A program made the position numbers and the translations under genes. Shown here in pieces: positions 12,237 through 13,234 of a stretch of 13,234 bases of DNA. How positions within the stretch are numbered: the stretch's first letter is position 1; every line of letters begins with the position of its first letter. The stretch covers positions 1 to 13,234 of the forward strand of contig DATDST010000030.1 in assembly GCA_036517815.1 (NCBI GenBank), in the 5' to 3' direction. The notes below the pieces were generated by a model that searched no databases, was not told where the DNA came from, and worked only from the letters and a program-made list of their open reading frames with translations. Origin of the DNA: Minisyncoccota bacterium. Lineage in GTDB: Bacteria; Patescibacteriota; Minisyncoccia; Phycocordibacterales; Phycocordibacteraceae.

Positions 12237-13234
12237 TTAAATTTTTTCTACCCTCAGCATGCATTTCGGTTATCGCGCTTGTGGCTGTTTTCATAATCGG
12301 CGGCACGCAAGCGCTTTTCATCGCATCGCTTCTGACCATCCTTGAAATCACGCTGTCGTTTGACAACGCGGTCGTGAACGCGCGCGTTTTGAAGCGCATG
12401 TCGCCCCTGTGGCAGAGGCGTTTCCTTACCTGGGGGATTCTGATAGCGGTCGTTGGGACACGCTTTGTCCTGCCCATTCTTATCGTGAGCGCGGTAGTGT
12501 GGATCTCGCCAGCGCTGGTAACCCAGCTCGCGCTTTTTGATCCGAGTCGCTACGGAGAACTTTTGGAAGGCGCGCGGCACGCCATCAATTCGTTCGGTGC
12601 GGCGTTTCTTATCATGGTGTCTCTCAAATATTTTTTGGACAGCGCGAAAACGGTGCATTGGATTTCAATCATCGAGAAACATCTTACGTTGTGGGGAAGA
12701 ATAGAAGCCGTTGAAATCGCTCTCACGCTTGCCGTTATTACCGGCCTCTCGTTTCTCGTGCCCTCCGCTGTCGCCGCTACCGTTTTGGTTGCAGGCGTTA
12801 TCGGCGTCATTCTTTTTATCGTGATGGAAGGGATTACCAGCGCGTTTTCTATCGAGACGAGCACGGCATCGCAGGGGCTTGCGCTCTTTTTGTATCTCAA
12901 TGTTCTTGATTCTGCCTTTTCTCTTGACTCCGTGGTCGGCGCGTTTGCACTGACGAATGCGATTCCGGTTATCGTTGCCGGCCTTGGTATTGGCGCGTAT
13001 TTTGTCCGTTCTTTGACCGTCTACATGGTGAGGCAAGGGACGCTGGATACACTCATTTTTTTGGAGCATGGCGCGCACTGGGCGATATTCGGGCTCGCAG
13101 TTTCCATGTTTGTGAGTTTGCTCACGGAAGTTCCCGAAATCATAACTGGCACCATCGGTGTCGCGTTCGTTGTTGCCGCGTACTATTCATCACTCCAAAA
13201 CAACGTATCACAAACCTCCGTGTCAGGAAGATAG
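12233..13234 (+). CDS. TerC-superfamily / DUF475-like integral membrane protein (333 aa)
   Basis: 'ILEITLSFDNAVVNA' is the characteristic TerC/DUF475 motif, and a second half contains 'LDSAFSLDSVVGAFALT'. There are multiple TM helices. The start overlaps the VIT stop (ATGA at 12233-12236). The stop TAG falls at the window end. Confidence 0.75.
   Translation: MIKFFLPSACISVIALVAVFIIGGTQALFIASLLTILEITLSFDNAVVNARVLKRMSPLWQRRFLTWGILIAVVGTRFVLPILIVSAVVWISPALVTQLALFDPSRYGELLEGARHAINSFGAAFLIMVSLKYFLDSAKTVHWISIIEKHLTLWGRIEAVEIALTLAVITGLSFLVPSAVAATVLVAGVIGVILFIVMEGITSAFSIETSTASQGLALFLYLNVLDSAFSLDSVVGAFALTNAIPVIVAGLGIGAYFVRSLTVYMVRQGTLDTLIFLEHGAHWAIFGLAVSMFVSLLTEVPEIITGTIGVAFVVAAYYSSLQNNVSQTSVSGR

Overview
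13.2-kb window made up mostly of + strand housekeeping genes. The source looks like a small-genome uncultivated bacterium, possibly CPR/Patescibacteria-like; that is inference from gene content only, as no database search was possible. Left to right: the 3' part of a PilO-like pilus gene, coupled to a small membrane protein; an orphan helical ORF; a ~600-nt ORF-free, hairpin-rich repeat tract; tRNA-Arg(UCU) and tRNA-Val(UAC) on the - strand; an acyP-uppS-rluA-family operon; a ~290-nt structured spacer; rplS with a strong terminator; tRNA-Leu(GAG); a visibly AT-rich two-gene island (a putative PD-(D/E)xK nuclease-fold protein and a membrane-anchored protein); a ~450-nt ORF-free tract with nested inverted repeats; a - strand membrane-anchored six-blade Kelch-like propeller; a ~160-nt rod-like hairpin; tRNA-His(GUG); a PhyH-like 2OG-Fe(II) oxygenase; a polytopic membrane protein with a DUF2914-like C-terminus; a short-form purA; and an overlapping VIT-family/TerC-DUF475 membrane pair. 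I saw no CRISPR array, integrase, transposase, reverse transcriptase or rRNA. The best candidates for something undescribed are (1) the tRNA-Leu-flanked low-GC nuclease island, (2) the modular hairpin array behind tRNA-Arg, (3) the rod-like hairpin at 8000-8159, and (4) the nested-repeat tract at 6582-6730. All product calls rest on remembered motifs, not on searches.
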